Assembly: GCA_965203525.1 (NCBI GenBank)
Contig: OZ241898.1
Coordinates: 1,024,176 to 1,088,175, forward strand
Direction: 5' to 3'
Origin: Vicinamibacterales bacterium
Lineage (GTDB): Bacteria; Acidobacteriota; Vicinamibacteria; Vicinamibacterales; UBA8438
Length of the DNA stretch: 64,000 nt
Under the pieces are notes generated by a model, which worked only from the letters and a program-made list of their open reading frames with translations, did not search any database and was not told the DNA's origin. Of this stretch, positions 31,054 through 40,337 are shown one piece after another. The translations under genes were made by a program, and so were the position numbers. Every line of letters begins with the position of its first letter. The first letter of the stretch is position 1.

Positions 31054-31085
31054 TGCATCGACGTGGCGGTAGTGTTGTTTCACCC

Positions 31086-31127
31086 CCGGAAAAGATCGAC
31101 GGCAGCGACCCGTGGCCGACTGCCGTC
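31086..31127 (-). terminator. Hairpin + short U-tract ~37 nt downstream of the 31164 gene end (proximal copy)
   Basis: Same 8-bp stem and 14-nt loop as the distal copy, followed by GATCTTTTCC. Confidence 0.4.
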
Positions 31128-31163
31128 GAGAACTCCGAACCGGCCGGGGCGGGCGGCTTCGGG

Positions 31164-32306
31164 CTACCGTTGTTGCGCCCGCTGCCGGTCGAGCGGCTGC
31201 ACGGCGAGGGTCCAGGTGAGCGGCACCGACGCCGGGTTGAAGCAGACCGCGTCGTCGCACGCCTGGTAGTCGAGGCGGCCGGTCAGGGTCAGCGCGTCGA
31301 GCTCGGCGAGCTGCGCCGCCGCCTCCGGGCTGCCCTCGACCACGAGCTCCTGGACGAGCCGGAACGGCCGCTGGTACACCGGCACCCGCTCGTCGAGCGG
31401 CTCGAAGTGGTAGATCTCCGACGCCGGGTACTCCGCCGGCAGCGCGCGCAGGAAGTCCGGCGTGTCCAGATGCAGGCCGATGACGCGATAGCCGAGGTCG
31501 TCGGCGCCCGGCGCGTAGACGTGCATGCCCGGCTTCGGCGTGACGTCGAGCGCGAGGTGGAAGCGGCTGCCGACGGTGACGTCCGGGTTGCTCTGCGACG
31601 CGGCGATCGCCAGGTGCGCCGTCTCGCCCGAGGAGCCGGCGATGCCCGAGAGCGGCGTGCCGAGCTTCAGCATGACGTTCGCGGCGGTGTTGCGCTCGCG
31701 GTAGAACTCCTCGAAGAACCGCGACGTCACCCGTCCCTCGCGGTCGACGACGAAGGTGCCCGGAAACGGCGTGCCGACGATCATCGGGTTGGCGCCGAAG
31801 ACCGAGACGTACCGCGCCACGTCGGCCTGGACGGCGGGGTCGTCCCGGTCGGGGCCGACGCCTTCCTCCGCCACGTGGTTGTAGATGCCGAAGGCCCGGA
31901 TCACGGACGAGTCGCCGTCGGAGAGGAGCGGCACGTCGGCGACGCCCTTGCGTTCCGCGAAGGCGGCCAGCACTTCCTGCGAGTCGTAGCTGACGGCGGC
32001 GACGCCGAGACCCTGCGCCCGCAGCTCCTCGTGACGTTCTTGCAGCTCCACGAGCTGCGCCTTGCAGTACGGTCACCAGTCGGCGGACCGGTGGAAGACC
32101 AGCATCGCGCCCCGCTCGCCCATGACGGAGTCGAGGGTCCGGGTGCGGCCGTGCTGATCGGGGAGGGCGAAGTCGGGGACCTTCTCGCCCACCTGCGGGC
32201 CGAGCGACGAGACGTCGATCGGCTCCCGCTCCTGCGCGGACGCCGGCGCGTACGCCAGGAGCACGACGGCGGTGGCGATCGTCATCGCCTGCAGCGTGTG
32301 TGTCAT
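31164..32306 (-). CDS. Secreted thioredoxin-fold (AhpC/TSA-redoxin-like) + DsbD-alpha-like fusion with an in-frame TGA in the W-x-P-Y-C redox motif (candidate selenoprotein, else pseudogene)
   Basis: Track ORFs 32073..32990 and 31164..32051 share one frame and are separated only by a TGA at 32073-32075. The reading is ...AMLVFHRSADW-TGA-PYCKAQLVELQ... Signal peptide MTHTLQAMTIATAVVLLAYAPASAQ starts at the ATG at 32306. The C-terminal domain ends in YQACDDAVCFNP. Confidence 0.65.
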
Positions 32307-32381
32307 GCGCGCATGGTAACACCGGCGGCGCCCTGCCGGACACCGGACCTGCGATACACTTGCACGACCCTGGGGGTGAGC

Positions 32382-33167
32382 ATGTCCGGAATCCGGTTGC
32401 GTGGCCTGTTTTTCGCCGTCGCCGCCGCCGTCGCCGCGCAGGCGCCGGCCCCCGCCCCGGCGCAGACCGATCCGCTCGCGATCATCGATCGCGTCGACCG
32501 CCTGCTGCGGGGCGAATCGAGCCGCGGCGTGATGACGATGGAGGTGGTGACCGAAAACTGGGACCGCAGCATGACGATGGAGGTCTGGTCGCTCGGCACC
32601 GACTACAGCCTGGTGCGCGTGCGGTCTCCGCGGCGCGAGGCGGGCACCGCGACGCTGAAGGCGGACGACGACATCTGGAACTACCTGCCCAAGGTCGACC
32701 GGTCGATCAAGATCCCGGCGTCGATGATGGGCGGGTCGTGGATGGGGTCGCATTTCACCAACGACGACCTGGTGAAGGACAGCCGCCTCGTCGAGGACTA
32801 CGACGTCGAGATCGCCTTCGAGGGCGACGGCCCGGACGGGGTCGCGGTCTGGGAGTTCGTCCTGACCCCGAAGCCGGAGGCCCCGGTGGTCTGGGGGCGC
32901 ATCGAGTACCGGGTGCGGCAGCGCGACCACATGCCGCTCTCGACGAGGTTCTACGACGAGGACGGCGAGCTCGCCCGCACGATGGAGCACAGCGCGTTCA
33001 CGGAAATGGACGGGCGCCTCGTGCCGGCGGTGATGGACATGTATCCGGCCGACAAGCCGGGCGAGCGGACCACGATGCGCTACGAGGAGATCGAGTTCGA
33101 CGTCGACCTCGAGAGGTCGTTCTTCTCCCTCCGCAACCTGCAGAGCGGGAGGGGCCGCCGCCGGTGA
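32382..33167 (+). CDS. Outer-membrane lipoprotein-sorting (LolA-like) protein
   Basis: Signal peptide, then DRSMTMEVW..G.DYSLVRV.SP.REAGTATLK.DDDIWNYLPKV.R.IKI, typical of the LolA_like family that accompanies FtsX permeases. Confidence 0.75.
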   Translation: MSGIRLRGLFFAVAAAVAAQAPAPAPAQTDPLAIIDRVDRLLRGESSRGVMTMEVVTENWDRSMTMEVWSLGTDYSLVRVRSPRREAGTATLKADDDIWNYLPKVDRSIKIPASMMGGSWMGSHFTNDDLVKDSRLVEDYDVEIAFEGDGPDGVAVWEFVLTPKPEAPVVWGRIEYRVRQRDHMPLSTRFYDEDGELARTMEHSAFTEMDGRLVPAVMDMYPADKPGERTTMRYEEIEFDVDLERSFFSLRNLQSGRGRRR

Positions 33168-34423
33168 GCGAGTCGCCCTGGCCCCGCATCGGCTGGCGCA
33201 ATCTCGGCCGGCACCGCAAGCGGACCGTGCTGACCGCGCTCGGGCTGGCCGTCGGCTACTTCGCCTGCGTGTTCATCGTCGGCTGGACGGCCGGAATCCA
33301 GGCCCAGATGGTCGAGAACGCGACTTCCCTCGTCGGCGGGCAGATCGAGATCAACGACGCGGAGTACCGGCCGGAGCGGAGCCTGTACGACACCATCGGG
33401 GGCCGCGGGGGCGCCGACGTGGCCGCGCTGCTGCGCGCCGTCGACGCCGACGAGGCGGTGGTGGCGGCGGCCCCGCGGGTCCACGCGGGCGGGTTGATCA
33501 GCTCCGGCGAGGCGACCACGGCGGGGTCGTTGCTGGGCATCGATCCCGAGCGCGAGCTGGCGCTGACGCGCTGGCTGGACGAGCTGGCGGCGGGCGCGCT
33601 GCCGGTCCCCGGCCGCAACGAGCTGCTCGTCGGCGAGGAGATGGGCCGGCAGCTCGGGGCCGGCGTCGGCGACGAGCTGGTCCTGGTCGGCTCCGGCGCG
33701 GACGGGTCGATGGCCAACGACCTGTTCACCGTCGCGGGGATCTTCCGCACGGGACTGCTGGAGTTCGACGCGGCGACCGCGGTGCTGCCGCTCGCCGACC
33801 TGCAGGCGTTCGTCGTCCTCGACCCGGGCCGGATCCACGAGATCGCGGTGGCGACCGCCGATCCGTGGGTGGCCGAGGAGACCGCGGCGCGGCTGGCCGG
33901 CGTGCTCGACGCCGGCGCCCGGCCCCTGGCGGTCGTGCCCTGGACGGAGCTCAACCCGGCCATGGTCGAGTACGTCGCCCTGTCCCGGAGCATGTACTGG
34001 TTCATTCTCGTCATCGTCTTCTCGATCGCCCTGTTCGGGGTGGCGAACACGATGCTGATGGCGACCTTCGAGCGCCGGCGCGAGTTCGCGGTGATGCTGG
34101 CGCTCGGGGCGACGCCCTGGGCCGTCGTCAGGACGGTGCTGTTCGAGGCGCTGGCCATCGGCGCCGTCAGCCTCGCGCTGGCCTCGGTGGTCACGTTCCC
34201 GCTGATGGTGTGGTGGCGCAACGCGCCGCCGAGCCTCTCCCTGTTCTTCGGCGACGTGACGATCATGGGCGCCCTGCTGACGCCGGACCTGCGCGTCGAG
34301 TACGACGTGCCGGTGTGGATCTGGACGGCGGTGGCGCTGGTCGCGACGGCGCTGCTCGCGGCCCTGTTCCCCGCGGCCCGGGCGGCGCGCATCCCGCCGG
34401 CCGACACGCTCTCGGGGCTCTGA
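33164..34423 (+). CDS. ABC transporter permease, FtsX/LolC-like
   Basis: IGWRNLGRHRKRTVLTALGL...; large periplasmic domain; C-terminal FtsX 4-TM block ending IPPADTLSGL. Confidence 0.8.
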   Translation: MSESPWPRIGWRNLGRHRKRTVLTALGLAVGYFACVFIVGWTAGIQAQMVENATSLVGGQIEINDAEYRPERSLYDTIGGRGGADVAALLRAVDADEAVVAAAPRVHAGGLISSGEATTAGSLLGIDPERELALTRWLDELAAGALPVPGRNELLVGEEMGRQLGAGVGDELVLVGSGADGSMANDLFTVAGIFRTGLLEFDAATAVLPLADLQAFVVLDPGRIHEIAVATADPWVAEETAARLAGVLDAGARPLAVVPWTELNPAMVEYVALSRSMYWFILVIVFSIALFGVANTMLMATFERRREFAVMLALGATPWAVVRTVLFEALAIGAVSLALASVVTFPLMVWWRNAPPSLSLFFGDVTIMGALLTPDLRVEYDVPVWIWTAVALVATALLAALFPAARAARIPPADTLSGL

Positions 34424-35727
34424 TGACGCCAGCCGCCGCTCCCCGATTCCAGCCGTTGCGCCTGCGCGTGCTGCTCGTCCTCGCGTTGCGGAACCTGCGG
34501 CGCAACCTGCGGCGGACGGTGCTGACCGCCTCGGCGATGATCGTCGGCGGCGGCCTGCTGAGCTTCTCGTTCTCCATCGGGGACGGCACCCACGAAGCGT
34601 GGATCGACTCGGGCGTCCGGATGGGGGCCGGCCACGTCACGGTCGAGCGCCCCGGGTTCCGCCTGAGCCGGCGCATCGAGGACCGCCTGCCGGCCGGCGT
34701 GCGCCGCGCCGCCGAGGAGGCGCTCGAGGCGCCGGAGGTCGCGCCGCACGTCGTGGCCCGGTCGTCCAAGCTCACCGTCAACGGTCTCGCGAGCTCGGCG
34801 GCGGGCGCGCGGCCCGCGCAGATCCTCGCCGTCGACCCGGCCTCCGAGGCGAAGTTCGGCACGGTCGACGAGCAGGTGGTCGAGGGCCGCTACCTGGAGC
34901 CGGACGATCGGCTGGCCGCCTGCATCGGGGAAGGACTCGCCGGCAGCCTGGACCTGCGGCTCGGCTCGCGCCTCGTGGTGCAGGCGCAGGACGCCGAGCG
35001 GGAGATCGCCGCCCAGTTGCTGCGCGTGGTCGGCATCTTCCGGACCGGCGTGCCCGAGGCGGACCAGGCGCTGATGCACGTCCCGCTCGCCACCGCCGGC
35101 GAGTGGCTCGGATCGGCCGCCGACGTCACCAACGTCGGGGTCGTCGTCGGCGACAGCGCGGTCGTCGGGCGGGTCGCCGAACACCTGGAGCAGGCGCTGG
35201 CCGAGCCGGTCGCGCGCGGCGAGGTGCGGGTGATGGACTGGCGCGAGTCGAACCCGGCGCTCGCGTCGGCGATTGCGATCGACGACTTCGGCAACTATCT
35301 GGTCTACTCCATCCTGTTCACCATCATCGCGTTCGGCGTGGTGAACACGGTGCTCATGTCGGTGCTCCACCGCCGCCGGGAGTTCGGCGTGCTGCAGGCG
35401 CTCGGGCTGACGCCCGGACAGACCGGGGCCATCGTGCTGGTCGAAGGATTGACCCTCACCGCCGCCAGCGGGCTGGCGGGCGTGGGGGCCGGCCTGTTCC
35501 TGACGTGGTACTTCTTCGGGGACGGCCTCGACTTCACGGCCCTGATGGGCGAGGACATGACGTTCTCCGGGGTCGTCATCGACCCGCTGATCGTGCCCCT
35601 GTTCCGGGTGGCCCGCATGGCCCAGATCTTCGTGTTCATGCTGGTCCTGGGGGCTGCCGCGTCGGTCTATCCGGCCCTCCGCGCGGCCCGCATCGACGTG
35701 ACCGAGGCGATGAAGTTCGACCGCTGA
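34423..35727 (+). CDS. ABC transporter permease, FtsX/LolE-like
   Basis: LALRNLRRNLRRTVLTASAMIVG...; C-terminal FtsX block ...YPALRAARIDVTEAMKFDR. The ATG overlaps the upstream stop (TGATG). Confidence 0.8.
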   Translation: MTPAAAPRFQPLRLRVLLVLALRNLRRNLRRTVLTASAMIVGGGLLSFSFSIGDGTHEAWIDSGVRMGAGHVTVERPGFRLSRRIEDRLPAGVRRAAEEALEAPEVAPHVVARSSKLTVNGLASSAAGARPAQILAVDPASEAKFGTVDEQVVEGRYLEPDDRLAACIGEGLAGSLDLRLGSRLVVQAQDAEREIAAQLLRVVGIFRTGVPEADQALMHVPLATAGEWLGSAADVTNVGVVVGDSAVVGRVAEHLEQALAEPVARGEVRVMDWRESNPALASAIAIDDFGNYLVYSILFTIIAFGVVNTVLMSVLHRRREFGVLQALGLTPGQTGAIVLVEGLTLTAASGLAGVGAGLFLTWYFFGDGLDFTALMGEDMTFSGVVIDPLIVPLFRVARMAQIFVFMLVLGAAASVYPALRAARIDVTEAMKFDR

Positions 35728-35770
35728 GCTGTCCGGAACGCCGCGTCCGGCCCGCTCGCAACGAGGCCCC

Positions 35771-36472
35771 ATGACCGATTCCGACAACGCCGCCGTCCGG
35801 ACCGCGGGGGTTTGGAAGATCTTCCACCAGGAGGCCGAGGAGGTCGCGGCGGTCCGCGACGTCAGCCTGACGGTGAACCGCGGCGAGTTCACCGCGCTCG
35901 CGGGGCCGTCCGGATCGGGCAAGACCACCCTGCTCAACCTGATCGGAGGCCTGACGCGGCCGACGCGGGGGCAGGTCTGGGTGGCCGGGCGCGGAGTCGG
36001 CGAGATGTCGAACCGCGAGCTGGCCCGGCTCCGCCTCGAGCAGGTCGGCTTCGTCTTCCAGGCCTACAACCTGCTGCCGGTCCTGACCGCGCTGGAGAAC
36101 GCCGAGTTCCCGATGCTGCTCCAGGGGGTGGACGCCGCAGAGCGGCGGGCGCGCGTGCGGGAGCTGTTCGCGCGGACCGGCATGGAGGGGCTCGAGGACC
36201 GGCGGCCCGGGAAACTCTCGGGCGGGCAGCAGCAGCGGGTGGCGGTGGTGCGGGCGGTGGCGAGCCGGCCGGCCCTGGTCCTGGCCGACGAGCCGACGGC
36301 CAACCTCGACTCGCATTCCAGCGAGGCGCTGCTCGACGTCATGGCCGAACTGAACCGCGAGCTCGGGGTGACCTTCGTCTTCGCGACCCACGACGCGCGC
36401 GTCATGGAGCGGTCGCGCCGCATCGTGCGCATGGTGGACGGGAACGTCGACGCCGACGAGACCCGCGCGTGA
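35771..36472 (+). CDS. ABC transporter ATP-binding protein (LolD/MacB-type)
   Basis: GPSGSGKTTLLN, LSGGQQQRVAVVRA, LVLADEPTANLD. Confidence 0.92.
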   Translation: MTDSDNAAVRTAGVWKIFHQEAEEVAAVRDVSLTVNRGEFTALAGPSGSGKTTLLNLIGGLTRPTRGQVWVAGRGVGEMSNRELARLRLEQVGFVFQAYNLLPVLTALENAEFPMLLQGVDAAERRARVRELFARTGMEGLEDRRPGKLSGGQQQRVAVVRAVASRPALVLADEPTANLDSHSSEALLDVMAELNRELGVTFVFATHDARVMERSRRIVRMVDGNVDADETRA

Positions 36473-37674
36473 CCGTCCGGTCGGCCGCCGCCGGTCTGCT
36501 CGCCGCCGGTCTGCTCGCCGCCGGGGCGCCGCCGGCCGGGGCGCAGCCGGGCCGGCTCACCGGCTACGTGCTGACTGTCCCGCTCGTCAGCGGCTCGACG
36601 GCCCTGTCCGACGGCAACGCGAGCAACTTCAACCGCTTCCGGCTGTCCACCGAACAGGTGCTCGGTCCGCTGGCGTTCGAGGCGGCGTACGAGCACGCCG
36701 TGACGTTCCAGCGGAACGCGACGCCGCCCGGCCTCGGTCTCGGCGGTCTGACCGCCATCCAGAGCGGCGGCGAATGGCTCGATCTGCAGGGGACGATCAC
36801 CCGCCACGACCAGGAGCGCGTGCTGTGGCGGCACCGCTTCGACCGCCTCGCCGTGTCGTGGGCGCCGGCCGAGGCGCTGGAGCTGAGCGTCGGGCGGCAG
36901 GCGATCTCGTGGGGCACGACCCAGATCCTCACGCCGGCCGATCCGTTTCCCGCCTTCAGCCCGACCGACCCCTTCCAGGTCTTCCGGGCCGGGGTCGACG
37001 CGGCGCGCCTGCGGATCTATCCCGGCCCGCTGAGCGAGATCGACGTCGTGTTCCGGCCCAGCCGCACCGCGGCGGGCGAGGAGTTCACCGCGCTCGCGCG
37101 GGGTCTCGCGACCTGGCGGAACTGGGGCCTCTCGGCGTGGGGCGGCGCGCTCTACGGCGATCCGGCCGGCGCGGTGGGCGCCACCGGCGGCATCGGGCCG
37201 TGGGCGGTGCACTTCGAGGCGGTCGTCCGCGACTACCGCGGGACGGTCGCGGGACGCGGCGCGGTCGGGACGTTCCGGCTGTTCCAGGTCGCCGGGCGGG
37301 ATCTGACGGTCGCGGCGGAGTACCAGCGGGACGGGCGCGGGGCGGGCGGACCGGACGAGGTGCTCGCCGTGCTCCGATCCCGCGAGTTCCGCCGCGGCGA
37401 GTACCAGGTGTTCGGCCGCAACGAGGTGGCCCTGACCACGGCCTACCAGCTCCACCCGTTGTGGAGCGTCACCGGCGCGGCGATCTGGAACCTCGACGAC
37501 CGGAGCGCGCTCGTCTTCCCCGGTTTCTCCTGGTCCCTGAGCAACGAGGCGTCGCTGGCGGGCGGCGTCTTCGCCGGCGTCGGCGCCGGCGATCCGGTGC
37601 CGGGCCGGCTGCTGCCGTCGATCTACGGCCTGGCGGGCGTCACCGGCTACCTCTCGCTCACCTGGTTCTTCTGA
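36469..37674 (+). CDS. Putative outer-membrane beta-barrel protein
   Basis: Signal peptide, alternating beta-strand pattern and C-terminal ...GYLSLTWFF. The GTG overlaps the ATPase stop. Confidence 0.55.
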   Translation: MTVRSAAAGLLAAGLLAAGAPPAGAQPGRLTGYVLTVPLVSGSTALSDGNASNFNRFRLSTEQVLGPLAFEAAYEHAVTFQRNATPPGLGLGGLTAIQSGGEWLDLQGTITRHDQERVLWRHRFDRLAVSWAPAEALELSVGRQAISWGTTQILTPADPFPAFSPTDPFQVFRAGVDAARLRIYPGPLSEIDVVFRPSRTAAGEEFTALARGLATWRNWGLSAWGGALYGDPAGAVGATGGIGPWAVHFEAVVRDYRGTVAGRGAVGTFRLFQVAGRDLTVAAEYQRDGRGAGGPDEVLAVLRSREFRRGEYQVFGRNEVALTTAYQLHPLWSVTGAAIWNLDDRSALVFPGFSWSLSNEASLAGGVFAGVGAGDPVPGRLLPSIYGLAGVTGYLSLTWFF

Positions 37675-37776
37675 GCGGCCGGACGGCGGGAGCACACTCC
37701 ACGGCCTGGCGGGCGTCACCGGCTGCCTCTCGCTGACCTGGTTCTTCCGCGGCGGCCGGAACCCCGGCGGGAGCAC
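37625..37776. repeat. Tandem duplication (period 76 bp) of the 3' end of the beta-barrel gene plus trailer
   Basis: acggcctggcgggcgtcaccggctAcctctcgctCacctggttcttc... recurs at 37701 with two substitutions and the stop codon lost. Confidence 0.85.
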
Positions 37777-37821
37777 GCTACGCGCCGCGGCCAGCGAGCC
37801 ATGCGGCGGCCGCCCGCCCGT

Positions 37822-39102
37822 CTATTCATAGCGTAGCGCCTCGATCGGATCGAGGCCGGAGGCGCGGACGGCGGGCACGATGCCGAACACGATGCCGACC
37901 GTCGCCGAGAAGCCGATGCCGATCGCGAACGACCACCAGGGCAGCGACACCGGGAACCCGGTGGCGTAGTGCACGCCGATGCCGATCCCGCTGCCGAAGA
38001 GGATGCCGAGGACGCCGCCGATGGCGGTCAGGAAGACCGCCTCGAGAAGGAACTGCCAGAGGATCTCGCGCCGCCGCGCGCCGATCGCCTTGCGCGTGCC
38101 GATCTCGCGCGTGCGTTCCTTGACGGAGATCGTCATGATCGCCATGACGCCGATGCCGCCGACGAGCAGGGCGATGGACGAGATCGCGACCAGCGCGAGG
38201 AACGTGGCGCCGCTGATCTGTTCCCACAGCCGGAGCGCCGTGTCCTGGGTCATGATGTCGAAGTCGTTCGGCTCGTCGAGACGCAGCCCGTGGCGGATGC
38301 GCATCACCTCGGTCACGTCGCGGACCGCGTCCTCGCGCGCGACCCCTTCGCGCGGCACCGCGCCGATCAGCAGGAACTGCATCCGGCCGCGCCGCGACTG
38401 CGAGAGGCGGACCCCGAACTGCTTCTGGTAGGCGCTGTGCGGGATCAGCGCGACGTCGTCCTGGCCCGCGTCAAGCCCCCCGAGGCCGGGGCGCGGCCCG
38501 ATGACGCCGATGACCGTGTACGGCTGGTTGCCGATGCGCACCGTCTTGCCGATCGGGTCGACGGCGGGGAACAGCGCCTGGAAGGGGGTCTGGCCGAGCA
38601 CCGCGACCCGGCGCCGGTGACTCACCTCGCCCTCGGTGAAGAACCGTCCCTGCTCGAGGGTGACGTGGAACACGTCCGGGTAGTTGTGCGTGGTGCCGAG
38701 GATCGCGATCTGCTTCGTCCGCTCGCCCCGGTAGTGCAGGCGGCTCCGCGTCGAGCCCGGTCCTTCGCCGATGGTGACGTTGACCTGGGCGATCGACCCG
38801 GCCTGCCGCTCGATGGCGCGCGCGTCGGCCGGCGTCAGCGTCGGCCGCTTGAGCAGTTCGTTGAAGTCGGCGCCGGACATCATGCTGGCGCTGGAGTACT
38901 GGGCGACGAACACCGTGTCGGGTCCGAGCTCGCGGATGCTGTCGCGTAGCGATTCGTCGAATCCGCGGATGAGCGACGTCATGCCGACGATGGCGGTGAT
39001 GCCGATGACGATGCCGAGGATCGTCAGCGCCGAGCGCATCTTCTGCATGCGGATGGTCGTGGCCGCCAGCACCACGATTTCCCGCAGGAGCGACCCGCGC
39101 AT
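37822..39102 (-). CDS. ABC transporter permease, MacB-like (MacB_PCD + FtsX)
   Basis: MRGSLLREIVVLAATTIRMQKMRSALTILGIVIGI...; C-terminal ...PAVRASGLDPIEALRYE. The ATG at 39102 overlaps the upstream stop. Confidence 0.85.
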   Translation of the reverse strand: MRGSLLREIVVLAATTIRMQKMRSALTILGIVIGITAIVGMTSLIRGFDESLRDSIRELGPDTVFVAQYSSASMMSGADFNELLKRPTLTPADARAIERQAGSIAQVNVTIGEGPGSTRSRLHYRGERTKQIAILGTTHNYPDVFHVTLEQGRFFTEGEVSHRRRVAVLGQTPFQALFPAVDPIGKTVRIGNQPYTVIGVIGPRPGLGGLDAGQDDVALIPHSAYQKQFGVRLSQSRRGRMQFLLIGAVPREGVAREDAVRDVTEVMRIRHGLRLDEPNDFDIMTQDTALRLWEQISGATFLALVAISSIALLVGGIGVMAIMTISVKERTREIGTRKAIGARRREILWQFLLEAVFLTAIGGVLGILFGSGIGIGVHYATGFPVSLPWWSFAIGIGFSATVGIVFGIVPAVRASGLDPIEALRYE

Positions 39103-40337
39103 CAGTCGGCCCGCCCCAGCGCGTCGATGGGATCCAGCGCGGCCGCGCGCGCCGCGGGGTACAGCCCGAAGAAGAGTCCGACCGCGGCGGTCATCGCGAT
39201 CGCCAGGACGACCGACCAGGGGTGCACGACGGCCGGCACCGGGGCGAACCGATCCAGGGCCAGCGCCGCCGCCGCGCCGAGCGCCGTCCCGGCCGCTCCG
39301 CCGAACACGGACAGCGCCACCGACTCGGACAGCATCTGCCACAGGACGTCCTGCCGCCGGGCCCCGAGCGCCTTGCGCAGGCCGATCTCCCGGGTCCGCT
39401 CCGACACCGCCATCAGCATGATGTTCATGATGACGATGCCGGCCACGACCAGCGCGAGGCCGACGACGCCGACCAGCACCGCAAAGATGCCGGTGGTGGC
39501 CTGGTTGAAGATGCCGAGGGCGGTCTCGGAGGTGAAGATGCCGAAGTTGTCGTCCTCGGCCGCCCGGAGCCGCCGCTCGATCCGCAGGGCGACGGTCGTT
39601 TCGCCGATGGCGCGGTCGATTTCGCCCGCGTCGGCGGGCTGGACGCGCAGGCCGAGCGAGGAGCGGCTGCCGAAGAGCCGCTGGAACGCGCCGAGCGGAA
39701 CGATCGCGAACTCGTCCTGCGACTGTCCGAACGTGGCTCCCTGCGGCCGGCTGACCCCGACCACCCGGAACGGCACGCCGCGGATCTTGACGGTGCGGTC
39801 TATCGGATCCAGCGCTCCGAACAGCCGCTCGGCTGCGTCCCAGCCCAGGACCGCGACGTTGCGCTTGCGGCGGACCTCGGAGGGGGTCATCAGCCGGCCC
39901 AGCTCGGCGTTGAACGTGGAGAACCGGATGAACTCCTCGGTGACGCCCTGGATGGAGACCGATTCGAGCACGTGCTCGCGGTAGCGGACCTCGCCGCGGC
40001 CGCGCCCCTCGGCCATGACCGCGGCGACGCTCGAAGCGGCGAAGCGGCGGACGGCGTCGGCGTCGGCCAGCGTGATGCGGGGGTTGTTCCGTGTCCGCTC
40101 GAGGTCCTCTTCGCTCATGATGATCCCGCGGCGGTCCACCACGAACGCGTCGGCGCCCACCTCCGACAGGATCAGGCCGGTCACCTCCGCGGTGATGCCC
40201 TGGATCAGCGAAACGAGGGTGACGATCGACGTGACGGCGACGACGTTGCCGAGGATCGTCAGAAAGGAACGGAGCTTGTTGGCCAGGATCGCGCCGAGGG
40301 CGATCCGGACCATCTCACGAATCAGAATCAGTCTCAT
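39102..40337 (-). CDS. ABC transporter permease, MacB-like (MacB_PCD + FtsX)
   Basis: MRLILIREMVRIALGAILANKLRSFLTILG...; C-terminal ...PAARAAALDPIDALGRAD. Confidence 0.85.
   Translation of the reverse strand: MRLILIREMVRIALGAILANKLRSFLTILGNVVAVTSIVTLVSLIQGITAEVTGLILSEVGADAFVVDRRGIIMSEEDLERTRNNPRITLADADAVRRFAASSVAAVMAEGRGRGEVRYREHVLESVSIQGVTEEFIRFSTFNAELGRLMTPSEVRRKRNVAVLGWDAAERLFGALDPIDRTVKIRGVPFRVVGVSRPQGATFGQSQDEFAIVPLGAFQRLFGSRSSLGLRVQPADAGEIDRAIGETTVALRIERRLRAAEDDNFGIFTSETALGIFNQATTGIFAVLVGVVGLALVVAGIVIMNIMLMAVSERTREIGLRKALGARRQDVLWQMLSESVALSVFGGAAGTALGAAAALALDRFAPVPAVVHPWSVVLAIAMTAAVGLFFGLYPAARAAALDPIDALGRAD

Noticed and set aside
28598-31072. 824-aa plus-strand ORF, and the 557-aa minus-strand ORF 29220..30893
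   Set aside because: They are shadows of the ATPase-TOPRIM gene (29042..30880, minus), which carries all the motifs.
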